NCBI GenBank assembly: GCA_965644295.1 | Contig: CBFFRP010000441.1 | Location: 1 to 47,949, forward strand | Length of the DNA: 47,949 bases | Source: Paraphysomonas bandaiensis | Taxonomy: Eukaryota; Protista; Chrysophyceae | Direction of reading: 5' to 3' | Shown: one piece after another, positions 34,937-47,949 of the stretch | How positions within the stretch are numbered: the first letter of the stretch is position 1 | Layout: the number at the start of each line of letters is the position of its first letter | Made by a program: the position numbers and the translations under genes | Notes under the pieces: generated by a model | What the model was told of the DNA's origin: nothing | The model's input: the letters and a program-made list of their open reading frames with translations, nothing else | Databases searched by the model: none

Positions 34937-37151
34937 TCATCGAATAGGCCCTTCGTTTTGATTTCCGCGTATTCTTTTTGACGAATGTAGATAACAGGAC
35001 TGGGCAGTACATGTATTATCAGCTTTCGGAATGTTACTGACTACTTCAGGGACGATACGCACACACTGCTTGAAACCATTGCTTACAATAAGGTGACTGG
35101 GATCTAGCGTACACGTAACAATATTTTGCTGCACATCACTGTGGATTTTCTGGCATATATCGTAATGAAATAACTTTACTGGTGAAACCAACTTATCAAA
35201 TTTTAGTTGCTGGGGAGTCACAGCAACAACGCTCGAACTGCAGTGAAAATACTCCGGTTTATCGTACTTTTTCAATACACCCGTGAACCCAGAGGAGTAC
35301 AACGCATAATGATCGGCTGCGATTCGCTGCACTATGGGATACAGCTCTTTCTCGCTATACTGTGTATAAAACTCCATTGTCGTACTCCAAATTGATTCTC
35401 CGTGTGGTCGAGTGTACTAAAGTATAAGTCAGTACGATAAAGCATTCAGTTGAACAGGTAACAATTTTCACTGAACTAAGGCACACACTGCACCTGATGT
35501 GTTAAATGCATCGCCGCTGCTGCAACCAAGGACATTTTAAATTGATTGAAGGAATAGTTCTGTACATAGCTTAATAATGTACTGGAAACGTATCAAATCA
35601 AAATAGCACCAGATCAGTGGTGCACTGATTTCAACTTGCGACCCCATATACTACCAATGTATAATGGTATGCGATCAAAATTTCACGTACCAGAAGAGTA
35701 ATATCAAGCAACATATGTGCAAGCGACTGCTCCCGTAAGAATCTTCCCCGTGGTTGTTCATAAGGTCTACTATCTCCAGCATCGATTCGAGATATTAGAA
35801 GCAAATGAGACAGAAAAAATAAACGAGTTGGACGAATAATTTCAAATTCGATGCAGCTTAAGATTCGTCGCTCCATGGCGATCATGCTTGCATGAGTGAA
35901 GCAACGGTCCGCAATCTTGACAAAGTCAGATATAGATGGTACCTGCAAAGAATGACAATAATACAATCATATATGAATCCATGCATATCTGCAGCAAAGC
36001 TTATACATGTAGCAGCATTGTACTAATGCCATTAATAAAACACACCGAATCAACTAAACTATATGCGCAAGTAAGATATATCAATTTTCGACTGAAAAAG
36101 AGTTGGTTAAAACCTGCTTTTGTTCCAGCTTTGCAGCCAGTAGCACACATGTGCATCCCACTAACTGAAACTCACGCACAGGAATACTTGCACGTTGCAA
36201 ACAGTCATCCAGGATATGCACGCTCAAGTATAGAGTGGCTGAATCAACAGTAGTAGATAGCACTTTCAATAACCAGTCGACTAATTTGACATGCATGTCG
36301 GCGGTAATTTCTGTCTGAATCTGGTGAAACACTTCGCGACCCGATTTGGCAGATTGTACGTACATAGTCTGCATTAAACACTCATATATTTCACAAACTT
36401 ATTATACAATAGGCATAATAAAACCGCAAATAGAACACAATGCTGTCAATATAATAATTTATTTAATCTAATACAACATGCAGATTAGCTTGTTTGGGCC
36501 CACCTCCGACAAGCTATTGTGTCGTAATATGGACTGCGTATAGGTGGGATCATAGAGGGAGAGGCTTTCTGTATCACTACAAACATTGATATTCTTAACG
36601 CCAATTCGACTCCTTTCACGCTTATTTAGACAACATGTGGACGAGGCTTGAACAGGAAGTGGGCTGCATATGTGGTACATATCTGCAGACAACAAGACAA
36701 CTCTAATTAGACAGAGACAGATAGAGGCAGGTGCACGTACTCCACTCTTAGATATCAATACTGAGCAGCGCTAAAGTAGTCTATATACAGATAAGCATAC
36801 TGAGAGAAAGTTTATCGGATCTGTCACATCTCCATATCACGAAACAACACAATCAATGGGTGCAATGATGCCTCTCCTATGCTGAATATCCCTCTGCTCC
36901 TAATAGAATACTATACGAATAGTCTACGATAAGGAAGGGTGAAGATAGCGTAGTCTAAAGAGCAGTACAATTCACGTACGCAAAAGAAGTTTCCGAGTTG
37001 AAAATACGATATGCTGATACATGTTCATATATCTTAATATGGATCTATGTACGGGCAGTATAGTATGTGTATGCCTATCCGAACCAAACTTCAGGTCATC
37101 TGATGTAACCTTTACCAATGCATTCAGTTTACTGTGTGATGATTGGTTCAT
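34937..37151 (-). CDS. A/B-type-like cyclin (5' exons uncertain)
   Basis: QTEITADMHVKLVDWL; TLYLSVHILD; FQLVGCTCVLLAAKLE; DFVKIADRCFT..MERRIL..IEFEI..PT; VLKKY. Confidence 0.8.
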
Positions 37152-37548
37152 TGCCAGTGAAATACGTGTTGTAGGTTCTGTATACCACGTACTGCTGTAC
37201 ATTTGGAGGAGTTGTTGAAGTTAACACACATCATCTTTAAGAGACACCGCGAAGTTCTGGTGACCTCCAAAGGAATCATTTCAACTTCTTCCAACTTTTT
37301 CTTCTAATATTTGGAGTAACTTCAGATATTAACTGAAAAATGCTATCTGTTTTTTGTGTTTCTTATCATTTATATCGTTTGAGAGCGAGAACTTCTACCA
37401 AAACTGTGAAGACTTAATAGACTGATTGTTCGTAGTGTACATGACTGTGGGACCAAGTCCATTATCATGAGAACGAATATATCGATGATGTATTTTTTGA
37501 CTTGAAATTATCGGATTTATCAAAGGAAATATAGAGATAATATATATC

Positions 37549-38839
37549 ATGAACCACACTGCAGAGGACTTGTCGTGCATGTGGTCAGATGAAGATGTAA
37601 GCATCCGTTTTATCCTCTCATTACAGTTTACTTTTTTTAGTAGTGTTTATTCAAGTGGAAAGAGATGTCTCTTAATTCAACTGAAGTTACGAAGAAGTCA
37701 TGGACTAAAGAGGTCCATACATATGTATATATCCAGACATGATATTTGATATCATATTCTGACACACAGGAAGATGACAAGTTACGGGAATTGGTGAAGA
37801 TAAATGGCCCTAAAAAGTGGTCAAAAACAGCTCAAGGAATTCCAGGAAGAAAGGCGAAACAATGTAGGGAAAGATGGTACAATCATGTTGACCCAAATGT
37901 GAACAAGGCACCTTGGTCATTGGAGGAGGAGAGAATAGTCTTGGAGGTTTGTCGTCTGCTTGTTAGAATATTGATTGAAAAATTCATATTTCACACATCT
38001 CGATACGTATTATAGCTTTTATTTAACGCACGTATATGGTACATGAATAACATGTGAACACTTGCTCGATACAGAAACATCGAGAGATAGGGAATCGATG
38101 GTCAGCCATATCTAAGCTTCTTCAGGGTCGTACTGACAGTGCAGTGAAGAACCACTGGAACTGTTACATGAAGAGAAAGGTAGCGGAATACTTAGCGAAT
38201 ACGTATGGATCTGAAAGATCAAAGCCCAATCCAAATGATGGTAGATTTGATTACGGTGAGGCATATGTAGTCTATATTCTATGTAGCTGACTATATGTTG
38301 CTTACTTCACATGTATTTTTGAGTAAATTTATTCTTCAGATAACGATGATATTTTACGAATGCTACCATCAATGCGCCCTTCATTTGCCGTGACTTCTAC
38401 TCCCACTAGTGGTGTCCGCCCATCGTATCCTGCGTTACTCAGTCCCACTAGTCGGCAGGTCACTAAAAAAATGAAGTCTGCAAATGAATTAGCATCTGGT
38501 GACGAACCTTCTGACCCCTATACATCTTATCAACGCAACAATATAACATCCTCCTGTACTTCACACAACGTAGCGCACACCTCATCTAACGTAGCCACCA
38601 TGCAGATAACTACTCCAATTCTGACCCGTAGCTTTTCTCATGGCTTAAGCTTTGATATGCTTGAGGCAGAAAAGGGAGACCTATCGATTGATATTGCGCA
38701 TTGCTTTTCGACTGACACGCTACCAGGGTCAGTAAGTGTTGACTCGGAAGAGGTGGGTGCAGGGTACTGGACTGAAGCCTTGCAATTACTACACAGAGGA
38801 GATACATTGCCGTCAAAAGATGAAGGTGATGACGTATAG
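37549..38839 (+). CDS. R2R3-type MYB transcription factor
   Basis: EDDKLRELVKINGPKKWS..PGRKAKQCRERWYNHVDP..KAPWSLEEE..GNRWSAISKLLQGRTDSAVKNHWN; first exon(s) uncertain. Confidence 0.9.
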
Positions 38840-39399
38840 GGCAACGTAGGGTTATCACAGCATGGCTAATTTTACGTTGCTATGATTTGAGACATCCATG
38901 AAAGTAGCTACAGTTGCATATAATTGATGTCGTTATGAAATTTGTTAATACTAGCATGAGAGATTATTGTTTATTACATAGTATGAAGTTTTAGTGTATG
39001 GTGTCTCCATTATATATTACATGCACAAAGCCTATGAGAAATATTAACGACGTATGTATGACTTAAAAGTTAATTTGGTTTTCCTTGATGCACATTGAAT
39101 TGAACTCGTTGTACTTTTCTTTAAACAAATTGCGAAATGTCACATAACATATACACATATACTGCTGATGCTAAGTACTAGCTAGATAAAAAGAATGTAC
39201 GATTATTGTCCAATTGAAGGAGCACTCCCTCTGTATTACTTATCGGGTTCCTCATTACTCCTGAATACTCCACAATTAATCGTTGCTAATACGACGGCAC
39301 ACATCAATAGAGTTATAAGATATTCAAATAATGAGATCTACACAGATATCAATACACATTCATCAAAGCATCCCCCACATGGTACGAATCTCCACGCTT

Positions 39400-40841
39400 C
39401 TACTTTTTAAGTTGAGCGAAGCGTAACGTTAGATCATCTATGGTAGGAGTGGATGTGGTTTGGCTACTTGACGGGGCATCATGAGGAGGTTGAGGCTGCG
39501 ATGGTGGTGTTGGTAAAACCTGGTACGACGGTGACGTTATACTCTTGCCAGGAGGGTCCTCCTCCAGGTCATGCGGAGAAGCCTGTTGCTGGTCCTGGTA
39601 TTTAGGATCACCGTAAATGATAGTAGTCGGTTGTAGATCGACCACAGAAGCATGCTTTATCGATTCTTCATATGACGGTAGACCCTGGTATATAAGACAT
39701 ACTGATCAACCAGAATGCATACAGTTACACAACACATACGTTATTAGTGTCAACTGAAGTAATAGTATGTTCCTCGTACACATGCTGGAAACCAGATGCT
39801 GGAGCCATTGGTACGGAAAAACCCATCTGAGTGTCATTCTTGTATCGGCCAGTCTCATCTATGGGGAACGACTCATCATCCCTAATTAAAAAATACCGAT
39901 GAAAAATTCGACAAATGGATACTTAATATAAACATAATATTAAACCCCACGTCACATACAAATGTGTGAGAAAACGACTGCAACACACAGCTGACAATGG
40001 GTACGCACGACACGTTTAAAGTACGATCCTCTACGCACCACGGCACTTCATATTCTCTTGCTATTTCTTTTAAATACTTCCGTATCAAGAGAGGTGATGG
40101 AGGGGAAATGTTTAACTGTGACAAAATTAAGACCTCACATTAAGTAGAAAATCCACTTAAAATCATATGAGCATAAGAACAGTGGAAGAGAGTTCAATTA
40201 TCACAATATAAATCATACCTTGTGAACTACTCGAGAATTGACGAGATTTTTCTCATTGTTATTGGCCTCCTCATAAAATTTGTTTCCATATTTCTTTATA
40301 AGTTGTTTTCTGATCCCTTCTAGTTCAGAGATATCGACTCGAGAGGATGCCCATAGCACTGTAGTAACAGCCTCGAGAAGATCTACTGGACATTCATCAT
40401 GAGAAGAGAGGTGTTTACATCGCTCATGAACAAGGCTGCACATCAGTTCGATGATTTCATAAGCCTCCATGGTGAAATCTGCAACACACAATATATCGGC
40501 TCATTTGCGGCACAGATATCAGGGGCGCAGTAGCATACCGTCACGAATAATGTGTTCCACGCGAATAATAGCTTTTTCGTCCTTCCCATCAGCTAACAAC
40601 TTGGAGACCTGATATCATTAAATAATGAGTTACATATCATCACCCACACAAAATTGGCACTATCCCACCTCTCTTTTGGCATGCTTTGACTGAGTAGCTG
40701 CAGAAAGACTAGGGTTAAAGTTTGATTTTATTTGCTGTGGTGTCAATTACCTCTCTTGTTGTTAGCAATTTGAATGCGCTTTGATGCCATTTTTAGAAGA
40801 GGCTTCAGCTTTGACTCGTCATAAGGAAACAAAAAATCCAT
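39400..40841 (-). CDS. IST1: ESCRT-III-associated factor IST1
   Basis: KLKPLLKMASKRIQI; KAIIRVEHIIR; EAYEIIELMC; EAVTTVLWASSR; KYLKEIAREY; C-terminal MIM1-like DDLTLRFAQLKK. Confidence 0.92.
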
Positions 40842-41368
40842 TTTATTTCTCTGACTTAACTTCTATGGGTGAGATAATACACGAGTGTTATTTGGTTGAA
40901 AGCTGTTCAACTAACTTCTACAGTATAAGCCACCTCTACCGGGTGTATAAGGTAGATAAGGAGTAATTGAAGAGTGGAGTTTGCAGCTCATTTCATCATT
41001 TTCTTTGCGTCGGAAATCCTCATCAAAAGCAAGTTCCCAAAAAAATGTGTTGTGTGTATCAGTCCATATCACACTGTAGAATTATACTGCTGCTCGTGCT
41101 GCTGCTGTGTGCATAAGTAGCGGTATTCTGAGGTTATACAATACAGTAGTCTGATTACTGAAACAGCACTGTACTGGTGTCCTGTACCTATATAGCTATC
41201 TGGTATACAGTACAGCAGTACAACACGCTAACATCTCTGTCGTTTCCATCGTTATGTCTATCAGTCTGAGAAAGAAGCAATAAGTCGATCATTATACACG
41301 GCACTGATAGCCACAACCACAACGACTGTTCCTCTGCAAAAGTAATTTCTCATTTCTTATTCATTGTA

Positions 41369-44300
41369 ATGTCAGACACTGAACAGCTGCATATCATTCA
41401 ACAAAAATTTCAACGCGACATCAATCGCATGTCTGAGTCTGACCGCAACACACGTAAACGTGGTCTGATAAAACTATTGGAGGGATTGCCATGGGACAAT
41501 GTAAAAGAGTCGGGGGGGCTGAGACTCCTCTGCAGGGATCAGCTCTTTGCCCCTCTGCTAGTTACTGTTTCAGATCCTGTAGAAAAGTGCAGAGAAACGT
41601 CACTTGCTTTACTGAAGAAAGTTGTGGTGCTATGTAGCCCACTTGACCAAGCAGCGGCTGTTGAGTTGTGCACAGTGTTGTGCCGCCGTATTAATGAGAT
41701 TCCATATCCTGAGAATGGTGAGGAGTTGCGTCTACAAATTACAGAGTTGTTGCTTGTCGTCTTAACCCAGCCGGTGGTTCCTGAACTTCTTCACAATATT
41801 TCGGAGGCCATATTACCAGCTGTTAGCAAAGCATTAGTAGACTCGTTTCCAGCTGTTAAGCGCGTATGTTGTGATATAATCGAGTTATTTACCACTCACG
41901 TGCCTGAATCTGTGAGAACCCACTTGAAAGTATTATTGAAAGGGTTGGATGGCAACGCATCTCATCAACATCACAGGGTGAGATCGGCCTCTATCGCGGT
42001 ACGTTGTTAAAATTGAGTATATATACCTATGTGTATCGTATACGTTACAGGGCAATTTTGTGTTATGTAGAAATGCTTTACGTATTATCCTTTAAGCGTG
42101 CTATATGCAATGTAGTACAAATTGCATATTCCGTTTTTTGTTGTCGTGTATTGGCAGTAAGTATTATGCCCTTTTTGGACTATTTTGCTATGTCTGAATG
42201 AAGGTGTTGTTGGATGATTTTGTAATTGAACAATGCACCACCTCATGTGCTATTCATAACAGGCCATTGGAAATATCATCGCATGTATAGCACATCCACT
42301 ACCGCATGATACTACTCACGCCTATGAGTCCACCTATTTGACTACAATGCGCGATATTGTACTTCCTGTGCTATCCAAGACTAGTGGTGACCGATCCGCT
42401 AATCCGCGATTACAATCTGCCCTGTTATGTGGGAAAATTTTAGGTTGTCGGATAGCATGGGGCACATTTTTCGATCCAAATGAAACATTTTCTGGGAATG
42501 TTTTCAATGCCCCACTAGGAAATAATCAAAGGGGTGTTCCACCGGGAGAATGTAACCGCGTTGATATTGATACGGAAGTTTTATCTGTTCTTGTAATGCT
42601 AATGGGAGATCCAGATGACAATGTTCGGAAAGACAGCATGAAGGTATCTACCAATATGTTGCACTGGTGCTATATCGTTATATATTCCTTTGTTCGGTTG
42701 AAAATATACCTCTAGCGGTGAGGTATTTGCCATAACAGAAATTGATGACACTGAATCATGTTTGATTTCTGTTGCGTGTTAATATTTTGTATGCAGATAT
42801 TGTTGGGGTTATGTGAACAATGGGTTGAGTACAAATCACGGACACAACAGGAGTCCCTCGTTGTGGACCATTCTGAACCGGTACATGAAGTACTTTTTAC
42901 TATTGCCAATCATGCACAATATCAATATATACTTATATGCGTTTGTTGTAACTTTAGCATAGATGGAAGTGGAGGCTTCTGTAGCAGAACGCTCGGAGTT
43001 TCTTAACCTTTACGCTTCTTTCGTACTGGACGCTCTCTCTAGAGGCGTGCTCGCTGGGTGGACAGTTGATGCAAGGTATCATAGAAACTAACGCGTCATT
43101 TCAAATATGCTTATGACTTCGTTTAATGAATAATATCGATGGACTGTATATGAAATATAGTTTTAGGTATCTACCTAATGCAGAATTGTGTTTTCTGCTG
43201 CCATGGTTACTTTTGTTGTTAAATGACATCTCAACTTTCAAACGTTTCACTGATTTTCATTGACCTCAGATTACGATTCTTGCGAGCCATTAATGCCCTG
43301 ATTATAGCTGTGGAAAATATTTGTGAAAGTCAAAGCGGTGCGGAATTAGTCACGGGAAAACTTTTGCCTCAACTCCTTCAAGCCCTATCGAATGTGATAT
43401 CTGACGAGGTAGTGCTCAGGAGCTTTCCGTTTGATTCTTACTAGTTTATTATACTAGGATTCAGATATTCGTCATGCTGCTCAATCTTGTACCAATTCAA
43501 TTGGGAGAGTTTCAGCTGCTGGGGGATTGAGTTTAGTACGCGGTAACGATGTGGCAGAGTCACCTGGATATCTGTGTGGTGTATTGGATTATGTGGCACC
43601 AAGAGTTAAAGGAGAAGTAGCTGGAATGGACACCGCTCATCATCGTGAGTCTTCTATTATTTACCCATTTAGAGTTGTTGTAGTCATGATTTTTGTGTTA
43701 GTAAATGTATTATTTTGTCATTGATTACTGCTGATATTTAGTGGTGCTATTGCTTACGTGTTGTGCTTTCTGTTAACAGGAACTACAGCTATGCTTCTCC
43801 TGACTGAAATCATGGCTGGTGTTGCTACTATAGTACCAGAGAATTACTTTGAAAACAGTGAATTGTGCACCTTCGTCCATGACGCTGTGGTTGCATGCTC
43901 TGTTTGTCTGGCCTGCCCTTCATTGTAAGTGGTGTTAAAATGCACTGTTAGATTTTCCCAATGTTCACGTCAACGAAACGCCTTATTTTCATTGTGTAAC
44001 AGTGTTGTATATTGAAGCTACTCTATTTTCTGGAAGTCGTCCAGATTGATTTCGACTGTTTTGAGTTGTTTGTTATGTCAGGTATGAATTTAGAGAGCCG
44101 ACATCGCGAGAAGCGGCACTGTTGTTGACTCGAGGACTGGCTAAACATTTTCCTGCTACATTTAGGCTTTCGGATACGTGTCAGGTAATTTTGTCGTTGT
44201 AGCATCTATACTCTTTAATGTTCAGTTTGTGCACGTATTAGCCGATATGTTCCAGTATTTTAGTTAATGTTGTGTTTGGTATTTCCACTGCGCGCACATG

Positions 44301-46559
44301 TGGAGTAAATGTGTCATGATATTCTACAGGGACATTTAGTGACGGCGCTGATTTATCTTTCTGGTAGATGCTCTGGTGAGGACACCATTATACCAACAGC
44401 GGCGAAACGGTACTGTCCATAACAATGCTGGACGTATGTCTAGTGTGTGTACGTGCTTGTCATGAGTGTGAAACTGTTGCGGACAATACATGTACATCTA
44501 CTGTACCGCTTGTGTGATGAATTGCTGTTCTAGAATGTCAAGTATGCTTATGGTACGTGCAGGGAATTGGAAAAAGTAGTTGGTATGATATTTGACAGCA
44601 CTCAACCTGGCGTAATGAAGCCAGTGCCCACAAGTAGTTTTGTCGGAAAATATTTTTCGAGTCTACTTGGCTCAATCATATCGCACCCCATAAGTGTTGG
44701 GGTAAATGAGTCTCCAGTGCTGAGTTGGAAGTCGGACAGCGCCCATAGAGCTGCATTTGAGGTATATGAAGTCACGTCTGTATATCTTCATGATTTCTAG
44801 GGCGATTGTTTTTATTCAGATACACGCGTATGACAATGGGTATACATGAATTCGTACAGTATTCATCAGCTGTTGTATATTCAAGTATCAGATTACATAT
44901 ATATCAACATTGTATGGTATCTAATCACTTACTGCCTACATCGCAATCTTACTCGTTGAAATGTGGATGAAGTGAGTTCATGTACTTAATTTGAATATCC
45001 ACTGTTATTTAGTTCTGCGTAGAGTTTTAAATGTTTCTATTATCATTCCAGGCGTTGGTGAGAGAGTGCCCTCAGTGTGCTTGGCAACATTGTTCGATTG
45101 TCTTGGATAAGGTTATCTTTCCCCTTGTAAAACCACGCCCCCCTCCGCCGAAGGGCTCGGTTGAAGAAGCTCAGGCATCTTACGTGAGTATACTACACTT
45201 ATATTGTGTGTTCGTAATGCTCTGTGACAGGCTGCCCAACGTGGAGAAGTGGATGACTCATGGGGTGATGTGGATATCCGTCTTTCTATGTTGGCTCTTC
45301 TGGAAGGCATGCTGCGTGCAGGAAATAGTGATTGGGAGTGCGGAAAATATATTTCAGAGAATTGCGATGCCCTAATGCACAAAGCATTGATTCCTAATCT
45401 CGTGTGGAGGGTACGTTGACGAAATTCCCCCCTACATTTAGTTAGATATTTTCACAAATTTGGTTGGTCCTGTGATGATACCAATATATAGGCTGGAAGA
45501 GTTGAGGGTGTCGCTAGAAAAGTTACCCTAACGGCCACCCATGGACTTCTCAAGGCTGGCGCGGTTGCGCCTGAGGTATGTTTATATGCATAGGATGGAA
45601 TGCACCTAGTTTTGCGTATCTATTTGTAGTGCCGTTTCGTTTTACACGCAGTGTTCGCATGGCATACTTTGAAGTCTGTTTTTTGAATTATATCTGAATG
45701 CCAATACTTACTGTTATCGGAAGGCTTTGTACAAATGTGCCCCTCAATTGGTACCGTTATTGGCGTCAGATCTGGATGATTCTGACTCAACAGCAAGGCA
45801 TTTGGGTTGTGTGTGCTTAACTATTGTGTTCGAGCGGTTAAGGTACGACGATATACGGATAATCGGATATAACATGTATACTGGGAGAAATTATTGAATG
45901 TATTAGATACGTAAAACATTGGAATTTTGTGTGTTGTTAGAGTAAGCTGTTGTTGTCGTATGTTCTCTTACTTAACGTAATGTGTGCTCGTGGGTGGCGC
46001 AGTTGTAGTAGGGCAATTGCTAATGCGTCGCAATTATATTCTTCGCAGGGGTGGTTTCGGTGAGCAAGCCGTCCACGAATTATATCCCAAGTTAATGAAG
46101 CGATTAGACGACAGTGAAGATACCATACGAATGGCTGTTTGCGCAACGCTGAAGTCATTTTTAATGTGTGCTGCCCCACCTTGCTACAAAGGAACAATGA
46201 TCGATTACACTCTTGATCAATTGTTTATTCATCTAGATGACACCGACCCTAATATACAGGTAGTGTTATGCTCTGGCCACATTGCTTGATGAGTTAGCGC
46301 TATTGCAGTTGGATTATGTATATATTCATTTTGGCGCCGTTTTTTTTGTTCGGCTGTTCGGCTGTATGTCGCGTGGCGCCATAATTATGTATGCGTAACA
46401 TTTTCTATTATCCAGAGAGAGGTATACGAGGTCATCATGATAGCCGCCGAACATATTGATGCTCAGCTGGTGGTAAAGAAAGCAAAAAGTAACATGCAGA
46501 GTCATCGCACACCGGTTATGTGTGAAACTGTCATAAAAGCAATTGAAAAGCTGGCTTAA
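41369..46559 (+). CDS. DNAAF5: Dynein axonemal assembly factor 5 (HEATR2), multi-exon
   Basis: FQRDINRMSESDRNTRKRGL; DPVEKCRE; EELRLQ; DSFPAVKR; HQHHRVR; IPNLVWRAGR; LYPKLMKRLDD; LFIHLDD; stop TAA at 46557-46559. Confidence 0.88.
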
Positions 46560-46689
46560 GGGTATATCGGCAGTGCTCATTAGGGAAGTTCAGGGTGGAT
46601 AGTCGCTTTATAATTTTGGCATACGTCATAGTTCTATATATTTGTTAGACTGGTAGAAGAAATTTTTAATAAAAATGAACGTCGTTTAT

Positions 46690-46828
46690 GGTTAGGGTTA
46701 GGGTTAGGGTTATACGCTGCCCCCGATAGCTCCTTACCCAATTGAGGGGTGGAGCTGTTCAACAATCAAATTTAAGCCAATCAATTAGGGTTAGGGTTAG
46801 GGTTAGAGTAGAGAAAAGATGGGTGTTG
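46690..46828 (+). repeat. Telomere junction: short TTAGGG blocks interrupted by two non-telomeric inserts
   Basis: Repeats at 46690-46712 and 46785-46806; inserts at 46713-46784 and 46807-46828. Confidence 0.9.
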
Positions 46829-47934
46829 AGGGTTAGGGTTAGGGTTAGGGTTAGGGTTAGGGTTAGGGTTAGGGTTAGGGTTAGGGTTAGGGTTAGGGTT
46901 AGGGTTAGGGTTAGGGTTAGGGTTAGGGTTAGGGTTAGGGTTAGGGTTAGGGTTAGGGTTAGGGTTAGGGTTAGGGTTAGGGTTAGGGTTAGGGTTAGGG
47001 TTAGGGTTAGGGTTAGGGTTAGGGTTAGGGTTAGGGTTAGGGTTAGGGTTAGGGTTAGGGTTAGGGTTAGGGTTAGGGTTAGGGTTAGGGTTAGGGTTAG
47101 GGTTAGGGTTAGGGTTAGGGTTAGGGTTAGGGTTAGGGTTAGGGTTAGGGTTAGGGTTAGGGTTAGGGTTAGGGTTAGGGTTAGGGTTAGGGTTAGGGTT
47201 AGGGTTAGGGTTAGGGTTAGGGTTAGGGTTAGGGTTAGGGTTAGGGTTAGGGTTAGGGTTAGGGTTAGGGTTAGGGTTAGGGTTAGGGTTAGGGTTAGGG
47301 TTAGGGTTAGGGTTAGGGTTAGGGTTAGGGTTAGGGTTAGGGTTAGGGTTAGGGTTAGGGTTAGGGTTAGGGTTAGGGTTAGGGTTAGGGTTAGGGTTAG
47401 GGTTAGGGTTAGGGTTAGGGTTAGGGTTAGGGTTAGGGTTAGGGTTAGGGTTAGGGTTAGGGTTAGGGTTAGGGTTAGGGTTAGGGTTAGGGTTAGGGTT
47501 AGGGTTAGGGTTAGGGTTAGGGTTAGGGTTAGGGTTAGGGTTAGGGTTAGGGTTAGGGTTAGGGTTAGGGTTAGGGTTAGGGTTAGGGTTAGGGTTAGGG
47601 TTAGGGTTAGGGTTAGGGTTAGGGTTAGGGTTAGGGTTAGGGTTAGGGTTAGGGTTAGGGTTAGGGTTAGGGTTAGGGTTAGGGTTAGGGTTAGGGTTAG
47701 GGTTAGGGTTAGGGTTAGGGTTAGGGTTAGGGTTAGGGTTAGGGTTAGGGTTAGGGTTAGGGTTAGGGTTAGGGTTAGGGTTAGGGTTAGGGTTAGGGTT
47801 AGGGTTAGGGTTAGGGTTAGGGTTAGGGTTAGGGTTAGGGTTAGGGTTAGGGTTAGGGTTAGGGTTAGGGTTAGGGTTAGGGTTAGGGTTAGGGTTAGGG
47901 TTAGGGTTAGGGTTAGGGTTAGGGTTAGGGTTAG
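46829..47934 (+). repeat. Telomere (TTAGGG)n, about 184 units
   Basis: Uninterrupted array with the G-rich strand running toward the window end. Confidence 0.99.
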
Positions 47935-47949
47935 AAACAATACATGGAA

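Noticed and set aside
41242-41255. X-box-like site upstream of DNAAF5
   Set aside because: Only the left half matches GTYNCYATRGNAAC.
46759-47940. 393-aa (LT)n ORF
   Set aside because: Translation of the telomere C-strand.
47935-47949. Non-telomeric 15 nt after the array (interstitial telomere?)
   Set aside because: Too short to interpret; resembles a miscalled nanopore adapter end (GCAATACG-like) or contig-end noise.

Overview
Gene-dense, intron-rich right end of a eukaryotic chromosome, most likely a flagellated ochrophyte stramenopile (inferred from an RGS-LOV protein, nucleus-encoded Cox1-c, bactofilin, DNAAF5 and TTAGGG telomere). The window opens in a 306-bp-unit 5S rDNA array whose innermost copy is cut by a structured, hairpin-ended sequence. 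About 14 spliced protein genes follow: C2-DysF, tandem pseudo-histidine kinase, bactofilin, RGS-LOV, Cox1-c, TOM1-like multi-pass membrane protein, DPH5, MPV17-like, FkbM, FolD, cyclin, MYB, IST1 and DNAAF5. It also holds a SET-MYND fragment, a complete non-autonomous hAT element, two (TACA)n arrays in divergent promoters and about 1.1 kb of telomere. The most unusual signal is a dispersed 340-550 bp non-coding element (5 copies plus an end fragment). It has fixed asymmetric ends (TA|CCCTCAAC...CATTCAM|TA), no TIRs, and strand-specific RNA structure conserved across two subfamilies, so it is a candidate RNA-guided (omegaRNA-like) or RNA-based mobile element. Exon boundaries, alignments and folds were read by eye; no database search or folding program was run.
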